Source of the DNA: Terriglobia bacterium
GTDB lineage: Bacteria; Acidobacteriota; Polarisedimenticolia; Polarisedimenticolales; JAIQFR01
NCBI GenBank assembly: GCA_963748015.1
Contig: CAVVHE010000008.1
Span: forward strand, 608,001-672,000
DNA length: 64,000 bases
Direction: 5' to 3'
The notes beneath the pieces were generated by a model, which saw only the letters and a program-made list of their open reading frames with translations, had not been told where the DNA came from and made no database searches. Below are positions 44,346 through 54,426 of the stretch, one piece after another (position 1 is the stretch's first letter; the number at the start of each line of letters is the position of its first letter). The translations under genes were made by a program, and so were the position numbers.

Positions 44346-45851
44346 ATGACCGGTACGGAGCGGCGGGCCGGGATACTGCTTCACCCGACCTCCCTCCCCG
44401 GGCGGTACGGCATCGGGGACCTCGGGGGGGACGCGCATCTCTTTCTCGCCTGGGCGGCCGGGGCGGGCCAGAGCGTCTGGCAGATCCTGCCGCTCTGCCC
44501 GACGGGGCCCTGGAACTCGCCGTACGTGGGGCTCTCGGCGTTCGCCGGCAACCCGTGGCTCATCTCGATCGAGCAACTCGTCTTCGAGGGATTCCTCGCG
44601 GAGACCGCGATCGAGCGCCCTCCGGCGCTCCCCGAAGGCCGGACCGACTTCGAACGGGTCATCCCGTGGAAGAGCAGGGCGCTGCGGGCGGCCTGGCGGC
44701 ACTTCCGCCGGAGGGCGACCGCCGCCGCGCTCCGGGACCTCGAGGCGTTCCTCGAGGCGCCTCAGCACCGGGGGTGGCTCGACGACTGGGCGCTCTTCAT
44801 GGCGCTCCGGATTCGCAGCGGCGGCAGGGCGTGGACCTCCTGGCCGCACGACCTGCATCGCCGCGAGGCGGGCGCGCTGCGGAGTGCCAAACGCGACCTC
44901 TCGGCGGAGATCGCGTACCAGAAGTTCCTGCAGTTTCTCTTCTTCCGGCAGTGGACGCGGATCAAGGACGAGGCGAACCGGCTCGGCATCCTCGTCATGG
45001 GCGACCTGCCGATCTACGTCGCGCACGACAGCGCCGACGTCTGGGCGAACCAGCGCCTGTTCGATCTCGACGGGGAGGGGCGGCCGGTGGCGGTGGCCGG
45101 CGTTCCTCCCGACTACTTCAGCGAAACCGGCCAGCTCTGGGGGAATCCGCTCTACCGCTGGGACCGCCTCGCGGAAGAGGGGTACGCCTGGTGGGTCGCG
45201 CGGATGCGCTGCAACCTGCGGCTCACGGACCTGCTCCGGATCGACCACTTCCGCGGCTTTGCCGCCTACTGGGCGGTCCCGGCGGGAGAGATGACCGCCG
45301 TCGAGGGGAGCTGGGTCCCCGGCCCCGGACGGGCGCTGTTCGACGCCATGCGCGATGCGCTCGGCGAGCTTCCGCTCGTCGCCGAGGACCTCGGCCACAT
45401 CACTCCCGACGTGCACCAGCTTCGCCGGGACCTCGGGCTCCCGGGGATGCGGGTGCTCCAGTTCGCCTTCGACGGCTCGGACAACGAGCACCTTCCGCAC
45501 CGCCATCCCGAGGACGTCGTCGTGTACACGGGGACCCACGACAACGACACGACGCGGGGCTGGTTCGACAGCCTGGACGAGGACGGACGGCGCATCGTCC
45601 GCGGCGCCATCGGCACGCGGGAGGGGAGCATCGAGTGGGACATGATCCGCGCCGCGTACGGGTCGGCTGCGCGGCTCGCGGTGGTCCCGATGCAGGACGT
45701 GCTCGGCCTCGGCGCCGAGGCGAGGATGAACACGCCGGGGCGGGCGGAGGACAACTGGGCGTGGCGGCTCGCGCCGGACTCGCTCCCCGCCGAGGCCGCC
45801 GAGCGGCTCGCTCGCCTCGCCGCCGAGTCCGGGCGCACCTCCCGCAGCTAG
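44346..45851 (+). CDS. malQ: 4-alpha-glucanotransferase (amylomaltase)
   Basis: GILLHPTSLP, WQILPL, RIDHFRGF, AEDLG, YTGTHDN. Confidence 0.95.
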   Translation: MTGTERRAGILLHPTSLPGRYGIGDLGGDAHLFLAWAAGAGQSVWQILPLCPTGPWNSPYVGLSAFAGNPWLISIEQLVFEGFLAETAIERPPALPEGRTDFERVIPWKSRALRAAWRHFRRRATAAALRDLEAFLEAPQHRGWLDDWALFMALRIRSGGRAWTSWPHDLHRREAGALRSAKRDLSAEIAYQKFLQFLFFRQWTRIKDEANRLGILVMGDLPIYVAHDSADVWANQRLFDLDGEGRPVAVAGVPPDYFSETGQLWGNPLYRWDRLAEEGYAWWVARMRCNLRLTDLLRIDHFRGFAAYWAVPAGEMTAVEGSWVPGPGRALFDAMRDALGELPLVAEDLGHITPDVHQLRRDLGLPGMRVLQFAFDGSDNEHLPHRHPEDVVVYTGTHDNDTTRGWFDSLDEDGRRIVRGAIGTREGSIEWDMIRAAYGSAARLAVVPMQDVLGLGAEARMNTPGRAEDNWAWRLAPDSLPAEAAERLARLAAESGRTSRS

Positions 45852-45881
45852 GGCCGACCCCAGCATTGCCCTTCCAGTCCC

Positions 45882-45961
45882 GGCCCCGGTCCCTGCCGGG
45901 AATGTTCCTCGCCGCCCCGAAAAAGGGGCGTCTGCGGACATTCCCGGCAGGGACCGGGGCC
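45882..45961. repeat. Intergenic hairpin repeat family, locus D (24-bp arms)
   Basis: Arms 45882-45905 and 45938-45961 around TCCTCGCCGCCCCGAAAAAGGGGCGTCTGCGG. Confidence 0.82.
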
Positions 45962-46039
45962 TGCGTGGACGGTTTCGCACCGAGCGGGGTACGCTCTACA
46001 GCGGCGCAGGCGCGCGCGGCGACGTGAAAGGGGAGGGCG

Positions 46040-48229
46040 GTGGCGGCTTCGTCGTTCCGGATCGACGGGATGGACTGCGGGGAGGAGATCGCCGCGCTGA
46101 AGCGCGAGGTCGGACCCGCGGTGGGCGGCGAGGACCGGCTGTCGTTCGATCTCCTCCACGCGAAGATGACCGTTCACGCCGCTCCGGCGGGCGTGACCGA
46201 GGCGGCGATCGTCGAGGCGGTGTCGCGCGCCGGGCTGCGCGCCGAGCCGTGGGTCGAGGCGCACGGCGAGCCCCGGCGGGCCGAGCGCGCGGCGCGCCGA
46301 GCACGGGTCCTGACGACGGCGGCGAGCGGCGCTCTGGTGGCCGGGGGCTTCGTCCTGCACGCCGTGACGGCCGGCGGGCTCCTCGCCGCCCTCCGCGCGG
46401 GGGAGGGGGGAAGCCCGGTTCCCGCCGCCACCGCGGCGCTCTATTCCGCGGGGTGCGTGCTCGGCCTCTCGATGGTCGCGCCGAAGGCGTGGCTCGCGCT
46501 GCGCAGGCTTCGCCCCGACATGAACCTCCTCATGACCGTGGCGGTCGCCGGCGCGGTCGCGATCGACCAGTGGCTCGAGGCGGCGACCGTGGCGTTCCTG
46601 TTCTCCCTGTCGCTGCTCCTCGAGTCGTGGAGCGTCGGCCGGGCGCGCCGGGCGGTGGAGCGGCTCCTCGATCTCTCGCCGCCGCGGGCCCGCGTGGTCG
46701 GGAGCGGCGGCGGCGAGGAGCTCGTCGCGGTGGACGACGTGAGCGTCGGCTCGCGGATCGTGGTTCGGCCCGGGGAGCGGATCCCGCTCGATGGCCGCGT
46801 GGTGGACGGAGAGACGTCCGTGGACGAGGCCCCGATCACCGGCGAGAGCGTGCCGGTGGACAAGGCGCGCGGCGACGAGGTCTTCGCGGGGACGATCAAC
46901 GGCGACGGGGCGCTGACGGTCGAGGTGGACCGGCCCGCGCGGGAAACGGTGCTCGCGCGGATCATTCGGATGGTCGGGGAGGCGCAGCACCGCAGGGCGC
47001 CGGTGGAGCGATGGGTGGACCGGTTCGCCGCCGTCTACACGCCGGCGGTGATGATCCTGGCGGCGGCGACCGCCGCCCTCCCGCCGCTGCTCCTCGCGCA
47101 GTCCTGGGGGCCCTGGATCTACCGCGGGCTCGTGCTCCTCGTGATCGCCTGCCCGTGCGCCCTCGTGATCTCGACGCCGGTGAGCATCGTCGCGGCGCTC
47201 GCCTCGGCGGCGCGCCACGGCGTGCTGGTGAAGGGGGGCGCTTTCATCGAGGCGCCGTCCCGAGTGCGCGCGGTCGCATTCGACAAGACGGGCACCATCA
47301 CCGAGGGGAGGCAGCGGGTCCTCTCGGTGACGGGGATCGGGGACGTGCCCGATCGCGAGTTGCTCCGCATCGCGGCGTCCCTCGAGGTCCGGAGCGAGCA
47401 CCCGATCGGGAAGGCGATCGTTGCCCACGCCGCGGCCGAGGGGATCGGGGCCGCGCCGGCGGAGGAGACGCGGGCCGTTCGGGGGAAGGGGATCACGGGG
47501 AAGATCGCGGGACGTGCGTTCTGGGCCGGATCCCACCGTCTCCTCGCGGAGCAGGGAGCCGAGACGGACGAAACGACCGCGCGGCTCGCCGCGCTCGCCG
47601 GTTCCGGGAGAACGGTGGTCGCGGTCGGGAGCGAGTCCCGCGCATCCGGGTTCATCACGCTCGCGGACGGGATGAGGCCCGGCGCCGCGCGCGCGGTCGG
47701 GGAGCTGCGCGCGCTCGGCATCGAGCGGATCGTGATGCTCACCGGGGACAACCGCGCGACGGCCGAGGCGGTGGCCCGCGAGGCGGGGCTCGACGAGACC
47801 CACGCCGAGCTCCTCCCCGAGGACAAGGTTCGCATCGTGGAGGACCTCGTTCGGCGGTACCGGCACGTCGCGATGGTCGGCGACGGGGTCAACGACGCCC
47901 CGGCGATGGCCCGCGCCGACGTCGGCATCGCCATGGGCGCCGCGGGCAGCGACGCCGCAGTGGAGGCCGCGGACGTGGGACTCATGTCGGACGATCTCGA
48001 GAAGATCCCCTGGCTCGTCCGGCACTCCCGGCGGGCCCTCGCGGTCGTTCGCCAGAACATCGGCTTCGCCCTGGGCACCAAGGCGGTCCTGGTGGCGCTG
48101 ACCTATGCCGGCCACGCATCGCTGTGGGTGGCGATCGCGGGCGACATGGGGGCCTCGCTCCTCGTGATCGGGAACGGGCTCCGGCTCCTGCGCTCGCCGG
48201 TTTTCTCCGCGCGGCGCGATACGCGATAG
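46040..48229 (+). CDS. Heavy-metal P1B-type ATPase (ZntA/CadA-like)
   Basis: ITGES, CPCALVISTP, DKTGT, SEHP, TGD, GDGVND. Confidence 0.93.
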   Translation: MAASSFRIDGMDCGEEIAALKREVGPAVGGEDRLSFDLLHAKMTVHAAPAGVTEAAIVEAVSRAGLRAEPWVEAHGEPRRAERAARRARVLTTAASGALVAGGFVLHAVTAGGLLAALRAGEGGSPVPAATAALYSAGCVLGLSMVAPKAWLALRRLRPDMNLLMTVAVAGAVAIDQWLEAATVAFLFSLSLLLESWSVGRARRAVERLLDLSPPRARVVGSGGGEELVAVDDVSVGSRIVVRPGERIPLDGRVVDGETSVDEAPITGESVPVDKARGDEVFAGTINGDGALTVEVDRPARETVLARIIRMVGEAQHRRAPVERWVDRFAAVYTPAVMILAAATAALPPLLLAQSWGPWIYRGLVLLVIACPCALVISTPVSIVAALASAARHGVLVKGGAFIEAPSRVRAVAFDKTGTITEGRQRVLSVTGIGDVPDRELLRIAASLEVRSEHPIGKAIVAHAAAEGIGAAPAEETRAVRGKGITGKIAGRAFWAGSHRLLAEQGAETDETTARLAALAGSGRTVVAVGSESRASGFITLADGMRPGAARAVGELRALGIERIVMLTGDNRATAEAVAREAGLDETHAELLPEDKVRIVEDLVRRYRHVAMVGDGVNDAPAMARADVGIAMGAAGSDAAVEAADVGLMSDDLEKIPWLVRHSRRALAVVRQNIGFALGTKAVLVALTYAGHASLWVAIAGDMGASLLVIGNGLRLLRSPVFSARRDTR

Positions 48230-48292
48230 ACTGTCCGCTGCCGCGCCCGCCCGGCGAAGCGCCGGAGAGCGGTGACGCGAGAGGGGAATCGC

Positions 48293-48499
48293 ATGGCCGA
48301 CAAGGTGTTCAAGAAGGTCCGGCTGATCGGCTGCTCCGACAAGAGCTACCAGAAGGCGATCGAGACCGCGGTCGAGAAGGCCTCGGAGACGATCAAGGGC
48401 GCATCCTGGTTCGAGGTCGTCGAGCTCCGGGGCGCCCTGCGAAACGGCAAGGTCGTCGAGTATCAGGCGACGCTCGACCTGGGCTTCAAGGTCGAGTGA
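48293..48499 (+). CDS. Dodecin
   Basis: VFKKVRLIGCS..WFEVVELRG..EYQATLDLGF. Confidence 0.88.
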   Translation: MADKVFKKVRLIGCSDKSYQKAIETAVEKASETIKGASWFEVVELRGALRNGKVVEYQATLDLGFKVE

Positions 48500-48512
48500 T
48501 CGCGCGGCGCGC

Positions 48513-49709
48513 GTGGAGCGTTCGGTCTTGGATCGCGAGCGGGCCCGCCTGACGTTCCTGCCCTTCTCCCGGCCGGCCCTCGGCGAGGAGGAGGTCCGGG
48601 CGGTCGTGGACTGCCTGCGCTCGGGCTGGATCACGACCGGGCCTCGCACTCGCGAGTTCGAGGAGAAGTTCGCCGCGTACGTCGGCGCGCGCCACGCGCT
48701 CGCGGTGACCTCGGGAACGGCGGGGGAGCACCTGGCCCTCCTCGCCCTCGGCATCGGGCCGGGGGACGAGGTCGTGACGAGCCCGATGACCTGGACCTCG
48801 ACGGTGAACATCGTCGAGCTCGTGGGCGCTCGCCCGGTGTTCGTGGACATCGAGCCGGACACGCGCAACCTCGACCCCGCGAAGCTTCGCGCCTCGATCA
48901 CCGGGAAGACGCGGGCGATCGTCCCCGTGCACTTCGCGGGGCTTCCCTGCGACATGGACGCGATCGGGACGATCGCGGCGGAGCGGGGGATCCCGGTGAT
49001 CGAGGACGCCGCGCACGCGGCGGGCTCCACCTACCGGGGACGGCCGATCGGGAGCCTGAGCCTGCTCTCGATATTCAGCTTCCACGCGATCAAGAACCTG
49101 ACGACCGGCGAGGGGGGGATGATCACGACGGACGACGGCGCTCTCGCCGACCGGATCCGCCTCCTCCGCTTCCACGGGATCACGCGCGACTCCTGGCAGC
49201 GGCAGGGGGCGGGGGCCGGGGCCGCCTACGACGTCCTCGTCCCGGGGTTCAAGTACAACCTCACCGACATCCAGTCGGCGATCGGCGTCGTGCAGCTCGC
49301 CAGGCTCGATGCCTTGAACGCGCGGCGCGAGATCCTCGCGCGCCGCTACCTCGACGCGCTCGCCGGCGTCGAGGAGATACGGCTCCCCGCGGCGGGCGCG
49401 GGGTATCCGGCCCGGCACGCGTGGCACCTCTTCACGATCCTGGTAGACGCGGACCGCCTCACCGTGGACCGGTTCGGGTTCATGGAGGCGATGAAGCGGG
49501 AGAACATCGGCACCGGCCTGCACTTCCTCGCCGTGCACCTGCAGCCCCACTACCGCACGCGGTACGGCTACGCTCCCGGCGACTTCCCGGAAGCGGAGCG
49601 GGTGTCCGAGCGGATCGTGTCGCTTCCCCTCTTCCCCGGGATGACCGAGGCGGACGTGGACGACGTGGCGCGCGCGGTGAAGAAGGTGGTCCGGACGCAC
49701 CGGAGGTGA
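48513..49709 (+). CDS. arnB: DegT/DnrJ aminotransferase, ArnB-like
   Basis: SGWITTGP, IEDAAHA, FSFHAIKNLTTGEGG; operon context. Confidence 0.85.
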   Translation: MERSVLDRERARLTFLPFSRPALGEEEVRAVVDCLRSGWITTGPRTREFEEKFAAYVGARHALAVTSGTAGEHLALLALGIGPGDEVVTSPMTWTSTVNIVELVGARPVFVDIEPDTRNLDPAKLRASITGKTRAIVPVHFAGLPCDMDAIGTIAAERGIPVIEDAAHAAGSTYRGRPIGSLSLLSIFSFHAIKNLTTGEGGMITTDDGALADRIRLLRFHGITRDSWQRQGAGAGAAYDVLVPGFKYNLTDIQSAIGVVQLARLDALNARREILARRYLDALAGVEEIRLPAAGAGYPARHAWHLFTILVDADRLTVDRFGFMEAMKRENIGTGLHFLAVHLQPHYRTRYGYAPGDFPEAERVSERIVSLPLFPGMTEADVDDVARAVKKVVRTHRR

Positions 49710-49713
49710 CGGG

Positions 49714-50691
49714 ATGAGGGATCGAGAACGGACGGCGGTGAGTCCCGCAGCCGTGGGCCCGGCTCCCTACCTGTCCGTGGTGATTCCGGTCTTCGACGAG
49801 GAAGCGAACATCCCGACGCTCCACCGGCGGGTCGGCGGCGCGCTCGAGGCGATCGGCCACACGTGGGAGGTCGTCTACGTGGACGACGGGAGCCGCGACC
49901 GCTCCCTCGAGATGCTGCAGGCGCTCGCCACGGAGGACCCGCACGTGGTCGTGGTGGAACTCGTCCACAACTTCGGGCAGCACGCCGCGATCCTCGCCGG
50001 GTTCGAGCAGGTGCGCGGCGAGATCGTGGTGACGCTCGACGCGGACCTGCAGAACCCGCCGGAGGAGATCGGCAAGCTCGTGGCGGTGATCGAGGAGGGG
50101 CACGACGTCGCCGGCGGCGTGCGCGTGGACCGGCACGACTCGTTCGCCCGCAAGCTCCCGTCGCGAATCGTCAACAAGATCATCAGCGGCTCGACCGGGA
50201 TGGAGCTCAAGGACTACGGCTGCATGCTCCGCGCCTACCGCCGGGGGATCGTCGACAACATCTCCCTCTACGGCGAGAGCTCCACGTTCGTGCCCGCGCT
50301 GGCCAACCTGTTCGCGCACTCCGTGAAGGAGGTGCCGGTCGGCCACGCGGTCCGCGCCGCGGGGAAGTCGAAGTACAACATCCGCCGCCTGTTCCACCTC
50401 GCGTTCGACCTGATCACGGGTTTCTCGCTCTACCCGATCCGCATGGTCACGCTCCTGGGCGGCCTGGTCGCCATGCTCGGGATGGGGTTCGGCCTCTTCC
50501 TGTTCGTGAGACGGTTGATCGTGGGACCCGAAGCGCAGGGCCTGTTCACGCTGTTCGCGATCCTGTTCGTCTTCGTCGGCCTGCAGATCCTGGCGCTCGG
50601 CCTGATCGGTCAGTACATCGGCCGGATCTACTTCGAGGTGCGGAGGCGCCCCCGGTTCGTCGTGAGGCGGATCCACCGACATGAAGGCTGA
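49714..50691 (+). CDS. arnC: GT2 undecaprenyl-phosphate glycosyltransferase, ArnC-like
   Basis: VDDGS, NFGQHAA, DADLQNPPEEI, DYGCMLRAY, two C-terminal TMs. Confidence 0.88.
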   Translation: MRDRERTAVSPAAVGPAPYLSVVIPVFDEEANIPTLHRRVGGALEAIGHTWEVVYVDDGSRDRSLEMLQALATEDPHVVVVELVHNFGQHAAILAGFEQVRGEIVVTLDADLQNPPEEIGKLVAVIEEGHDVAGGVRVDRHDSFARKLPSRIVNKIISGSTGMELKDYGCMLRAYRRGIVDNISLYGESSTFVPALANLFAHSVKEVPVGHAVRAAGKSKYNIRRLFHLAFDLITGFSLYPIRMVTLLGGLVAMLGMGFGLFLFVRRLIVGPEAQGLFTLFAILFVFVGLQILALGLIGQYIGRIYFEVRRRPRFVVRRIHRHEG

Positions 50692-51628
50692 CGGGTCCCC
50701 GCTGCGCGCCGTCGTCCTCGCGTACCACGACGTCGGCTGCGCGGGGGTCGAGGAGCTTCTCGCGCAGGGGGACGACGTTCTCGCGGTCATCACCCACGAG
50801 GACGACCCGGGCGAGAACGTCTGGTTCGGCTCGGTGGCCGACCTTGCCCGCTCGCGCGGCGTGCCGGTCCACACGCCGGACGACGTGAACCGGCCCGAGT
50901 GGGTCGAGAGGATCCGCGACCTTACGCCCTCGATCCTCTTCTCGTTCTACTACCGCAAGATGATCTCGCCCGAGCTCCTCGCGATCCCGCCGCTCGGCGC
51001 GCTCAACCTCCACGGGAGCCTGCTCCCGCGGTATCGCGGCCGGGCCCCGGTCAACTGGGCGCTCGTGAACGGCGAGACCGAGACCGGCGTCACGCTTCAC
51101 TACATGACGGCGAAGCCGGACGCGGGGGAGATCGTCGCGCAGCGAAAGGTCGCGATCGGCTTCGAGGACACCGCGGCGGTCCTGTTCGGGAAGATCGTCG
51201 TGGCGTCCCGCGAGCTGGTGCGCGAGACCCTGCCGCTGCTCCGCGCGGGGACGGCCCCGCGCGTCCCGCAGGATCTCACGCAGGGGAGCTACTGCCGCGG
51301 GCGCCGCCCCGAGGACGGCCGAATCGACTGGAGCCGGCCCGCCGTCGAGATCCACAACCTCGTCCGCGCCGTCGCACGCCCGTACCCCGGCGCCTTCACG
51401 GAACTCGGCGGGAAGAGGCTCTTCGTGTGGAAGGGGTACCCGCTGACGCGGGAGGCGCAGGGGGCCGAGCCCGGCTGCGTCGTCGCCACGGACCGCGAGA
51501 GCGGGGTGGCGCTCGTCGCCACGGGAAACGGCGTGTTCCGGCTCGACGTCTGCCAGGTGGAGGGGGAGCCCGATCGCCGAGGCGCCGATCTGCCGCCGGG
51601 GGCGCTCCTGGGAGGCGCGACCTCGTGA
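50681..51628 (+). CDS. Stand-alone formyltransferase (ArnA N-terminal domain only)
   Basis: AYHDVG, FSFYYR, NLHGSLLPRYRGRAPVNW. Confidence 0.88.
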   Translation: MKADGSPLRAVVLAYHDVGCAGVEELLAQGDDVLAVITHEDDPGENVWFGSVADLARSRGVPVHTPDDVNRPEWVERIRDLTPSILFSFYYRKMISPELLAIPPLGALNLHGSLLPRYRGRAPVNWALVNGETETGVTLHYMTAKPDAGEIVAQRKVAIGFEDTAAVLFGKIVVASRELVRETLPLLRAGTAPRVPQDLTQGSYCRGRRPEDGRIDWSRPAVEIHNLVRAVARPYPGAFTELGGKRLFVWKGYPLTREAQGAEPGCVVATDRESGVALVATGNGVFRLDVCQVEGEPDRRGADLPPGALLGGATS

Positions 51629-52551
51629 GCGCGGCACACGTCACCGAGGTCGCGATCAAGGTGGACGTGGACACGCACGACGGCGCGCGGGTGGGGATCC
51701 CGCGGCTCGCCGGGATCTTCCGCGAGGCGGGGATCGCGGCGTCGTTCTTCGTCTCGATGGGACCGGACCGCTCGGGGCGCGCGATCCTGCGCGTCCTCAC
51801 CCGGAAGGGATTCCTGAGGAAGATGCTCCGCACGCGCGCGGCGAGCACCTACGGATGGAGGACGGTCCTCTCCGGAACGCTGCTCCCGTCGCGCCCGATC
51901 GGCTCGGCGTTCCCGGAGCTGCTGCGCTCCCTCGCGGCCGAGGGGCACGAGGTCGGGCCGCACGGCTGGGACCACGTGCGCTGGCACGACCGGCTCCACC
52001 GCATGGACGAGCGGGAGGCGCGCGAGGAGTTCGAGAAGGGCCTCCGCGCCGTCGAGGCCGTGCTGGGCCGGCTGCCCGAAGGCTCCGCTGCGCCGGGCTG
52101 GCAGTGCACCCCGGCGAGCCTGGCGGTCCAGGACGCTCTCAGGCTCTTCTACCACAGCGACACGCGCGGGACGGAGCCGTTCGTCCCCGTCGCGGGGAGG
52201 CGGACGTTCCGGGCGCTCGAAATCCCGACCACGTTGCCCACCCTCGACGAGGTGATGGGGACCGACGCCGCGGCGCGCGAGGGGCTCGTGCCGTTCTTCG
52301 ACCGCCGCCTCCTCGAGGGGCGGCTCAACGTGCTCACCGTGCACACCGAGACCGAGGGGATGGGGCACGCGGCGTTCCTCGAGGAGCTGCTCGGGCGATG
52401 GCGGTCGCGCGGGACGCGCTTCGTGAGGCTCCTCGACGTGGCCGCTCGGCTCGTCGCGCCGGGAGCGGAGCCGCTCCCCCGGGCGGAGGTGGTCTGGGGG
52501 GAGATCGAGGGGCGGGCGGGGCGCGTCGCCATGCAGGGGCCCTCTCGATGA
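51625..52551 (+). CDS. arnD: ArnD-like deformylase (polysaccharide deacetylase fold)
   Basis: KVDVDT, GPDRSGRA, HGWDH, AAPGW, PTTLPTLDE, TVHTETEG. Confidence 0.85.
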   Translation: MSAAHVTEVAIKVDVDTHDGARVGIPRLAGIFREAGIAASFFVSMGPDRSGRAILRVLTRKGFLRKMLRTRAASTYGWRTVLSGTLLPSRPIGSAFPELLRSLAAEGHEVGPHGWDHVRWHDRLHRMDEREAREEFEKGLRAVEAVLGRLPEGSAAPGWQCTPASLAVQDALRLFYHSDTRGTEPFVPVAGRRTFRALEIPTTLPTLDEVMGTDAAAREGLVPFFDRRLLEGRLNVLTVHTETEGMGHAAFLEELLGRWRSRGTRFVRLLDVAARLVAPGAEPLPRAEVVWGEIEGRAGRVAMQGPSR

Positions 52552-54218
52552 CGGGGCGCGAGCGCGCGATCACCGCGACCGTTCTCGGCTCGATCGCGGC
52601 GATCTACCTCGTGCGACTCGGCGGATTCGCGTTCTGGGACCCCGACGAGGGAAGGTACGCGTCCATCGCCGCGAACATGGTCCGCTCGGGGGACTGGGTC
52701 GTCCCGCGCCTCGGAGGCGTTCCGTATCTCGAGAAGCCTCCTCTCCTCTACTGGTGCACCGCGGCGTCGTTCCGGCTGCTGGGGTTCTCGGAGTGGGCGG
52801 CACGTCTCCCCGTCGCGCTGTTCGCGCTCGCGGGGATCGGCGCGATCTACGTCCTCGGCCGCCGCGTCGTGGATCGCGGGACCGGCCTCGCCGCCGCGGC
52901 GATCCTCGCGGCCACGCCTGGCTACTTCGCGATGGGAAGGCTCCTGACCACCGACATGCTTCTGGCCGGCGCCATGACCGTGGCCCTCGCCGCGTTCTTC
53001 CTCGCCTCCGAGTCGCGGAACCCGCGCCTGTACCTCGTCTTCTGGGCGGCGGCGGCCGCCGCCACCCTCGCGAAGGGCCCGGTCGCGCTGGTGCTCACCG
53101 GCTTCGTGGCGGTGGCCTACGCGCTGATCACGCGCAGGTGGGGGACGCTGCGCGAGATGCGGTGGCTCGCGGGGGCGTTGCTGGTCGTCGCCGTCGTGGT
53201 GCCCTGGTTCGTGCTCGTGCAGCTGCGGCACCAACAGTTCCTGGAGTTCTTCGTCATCAGGCAACACCTCGAGCGCTTCCTGTCCTCGCAGGCGGAGCAC
53301 CGCGAGTCCTCCTACCTGTTCTTCGTGCCCGTCTTCCTCGGCGGGTTCTTCCCCTGGTGGGCCTTCCTTCCGGCTGCCGTGGGGCGGGACGGCCGCGGCG
53401 AGGGAGAGCGGCGCCTGTCGCTGTTCCTCTGGCTCTGGGCCGGGTCGATCTTCGCGTTCTTCTCGGTCTCGAGCGGAAAGCTGATGCCGTACATCCTGCC
53501 CGTGTTCCCCCCCGCGGCACTCCTCGCGGGGCGGGCCTTCACGGCGTTCCTCGACGGGATGCGGGGACGCGCCTTCGCGGTGTCGATGCGAGCGGCGATC
53601 GCGATCTCGGCCGCCGCGCTGGCGCTGCTGGCGGCGGCGTTCCGTTTCGCCGCCCCGGCCTATGTCGAGCGCCAGGGGAAGGTCCCGCTCGCCGACGTCT
53701 CCTGGATCGCCGCGGCGCTTTCCGTCGCCCTCGGGGCGGGAGCCGTCTCGTTGCTCTGGCTCCTGTGGAAGGACCGAAGGGTGGGCGCGCTCCTCGCGAT
53801 GTGCGTCGTGAGCTTCGCCGCGTTCTTCCTGGTCCTCGCGGCGGGGGACGCGGTCGGGCCGCACCGGAGCACGAAGCCGATCGCGGAGGCGCTCCTCCCG
53901 CGGCTCCTGCCCGGCGACCGCGTCGCGGAGTTCCGGCTGGTCAAGTCCAGCTTCGAGTACTACCTCGGGCGGCCGCCGATCCAGGTCGGGATGATCGGCG
54001 AGCTGGAGTTCGGCGTCTCGATCGAGCCCGACCCCGCCCGATTCATCCCGGATCCCGCCGGGCTCCGCCCGCTGATGGAGTCGGGCGGCACCGTCTGGTG
54101 CCTCGCCAAGCACGAGGACGTGCCCGAGATCGAGCGGTTGCTCGGGACGAAGGTGAGCCCCGTCGCCTCGAACGCGTACTTCGTCCTGTTCCGTAACCGA
54201 GCGCACGACGGCGCTTGA
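52548..54218 (+). CDS. arnT: ArnT/PMT-family (GT83) glycosyltransferase
   Basis: PDEGRY, YLEKPPLLYW, AKGP, KLMPYILP. Confidence 0.87.
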   Translation: MTGRERAITATVLGSIAAIYLVRLGGFAFWDPDEGRYASIAANMVRSGDWVVPRLGGVPYLEKPPLLYWCTAASFRLLGFSEWAARLPVALFALAGIGAIYVLGRRVVDRGTGLAAAAILAATPGYFAMGRLLTTDMLLAGAMTVALAAFFLASESRNPRLYLVFWAAAAAATLAKGPVALVLTGFVAVAYALITRRWGTLREMRWLAGALLVVAVVVPWFVLVQLRHQQFLEFFVIRQHLERFLSSQAEHRESSYLFFVPVFLGGFFPWWAFLPAAVGRDGRGEGERRLSLFLWLWAGSIFAFFSVSSGKLMPYILPVFPPAALLAGRAFTAFLDGMRGRAFAVSMRAAIAISAAALALLAAAFRFAAPAYVERQGKVPLADVSWIAAALSVALGAGAVSLLWLLWKDRRVGALLAMCVVSFAAFFLVLAAGDAVGPHRSTKPIAEALLPRLLPGDRVAEFRLVKSSFEYYLGRPPIQVGMIGELEFGVSIEPDPARFIPDPAGLRPLMESGGTVWCLAKHEDVPEIERLLGTKVSPVASNAYFVLFRNRAHDGA

Positions 54219-54263
54219 TCCGCACAAGACCGGCTCGTCCTGTCGCGGGGGAGCCCGAGGCTA

Positions 54264-54420
54264 CGGACGCGGCCGGGAATGTCCTCGCCGACCCGGAAAA
54301 GGGTCGTCTGCGACTAGTCATGGCTGCCGGTTGTTCGGCAGCCGCTCGGACGCGGCGGAATGGGTTCTCGCCGCCCCGAAAAAGGTGCGTCTTCGAACCC
54401 ATTCCGCCGCGTCCGAGCGG
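54264..54420. repeat. Intergenic hairpin repeat family, locus E (half unit plus 26-bp-arm hairpin)
   Basis: Arms 54342-54367 and 54395-54420 around TCGCCGCCCCGAAAAAGGTGCGTCTTC. Confidence 0.82.
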
Positions 54421-54426
54421 GGTGGA

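Noticed and set aside
46040..46100. GMDCGEE instead of CxxC in the ATPase metal-binding domain as a novelty
   Set aside because: Single-Cys variants of this motif are common in Zn/Cd P1B ATPases as far as I recall; not distinctive.
43002..49030. Very long antisense ORFs (992 aa, 1060 aa and similar)
   Set aside because: Stop-poor shadow frames typical of high-GC coding DNA, opposite well-supported genes.
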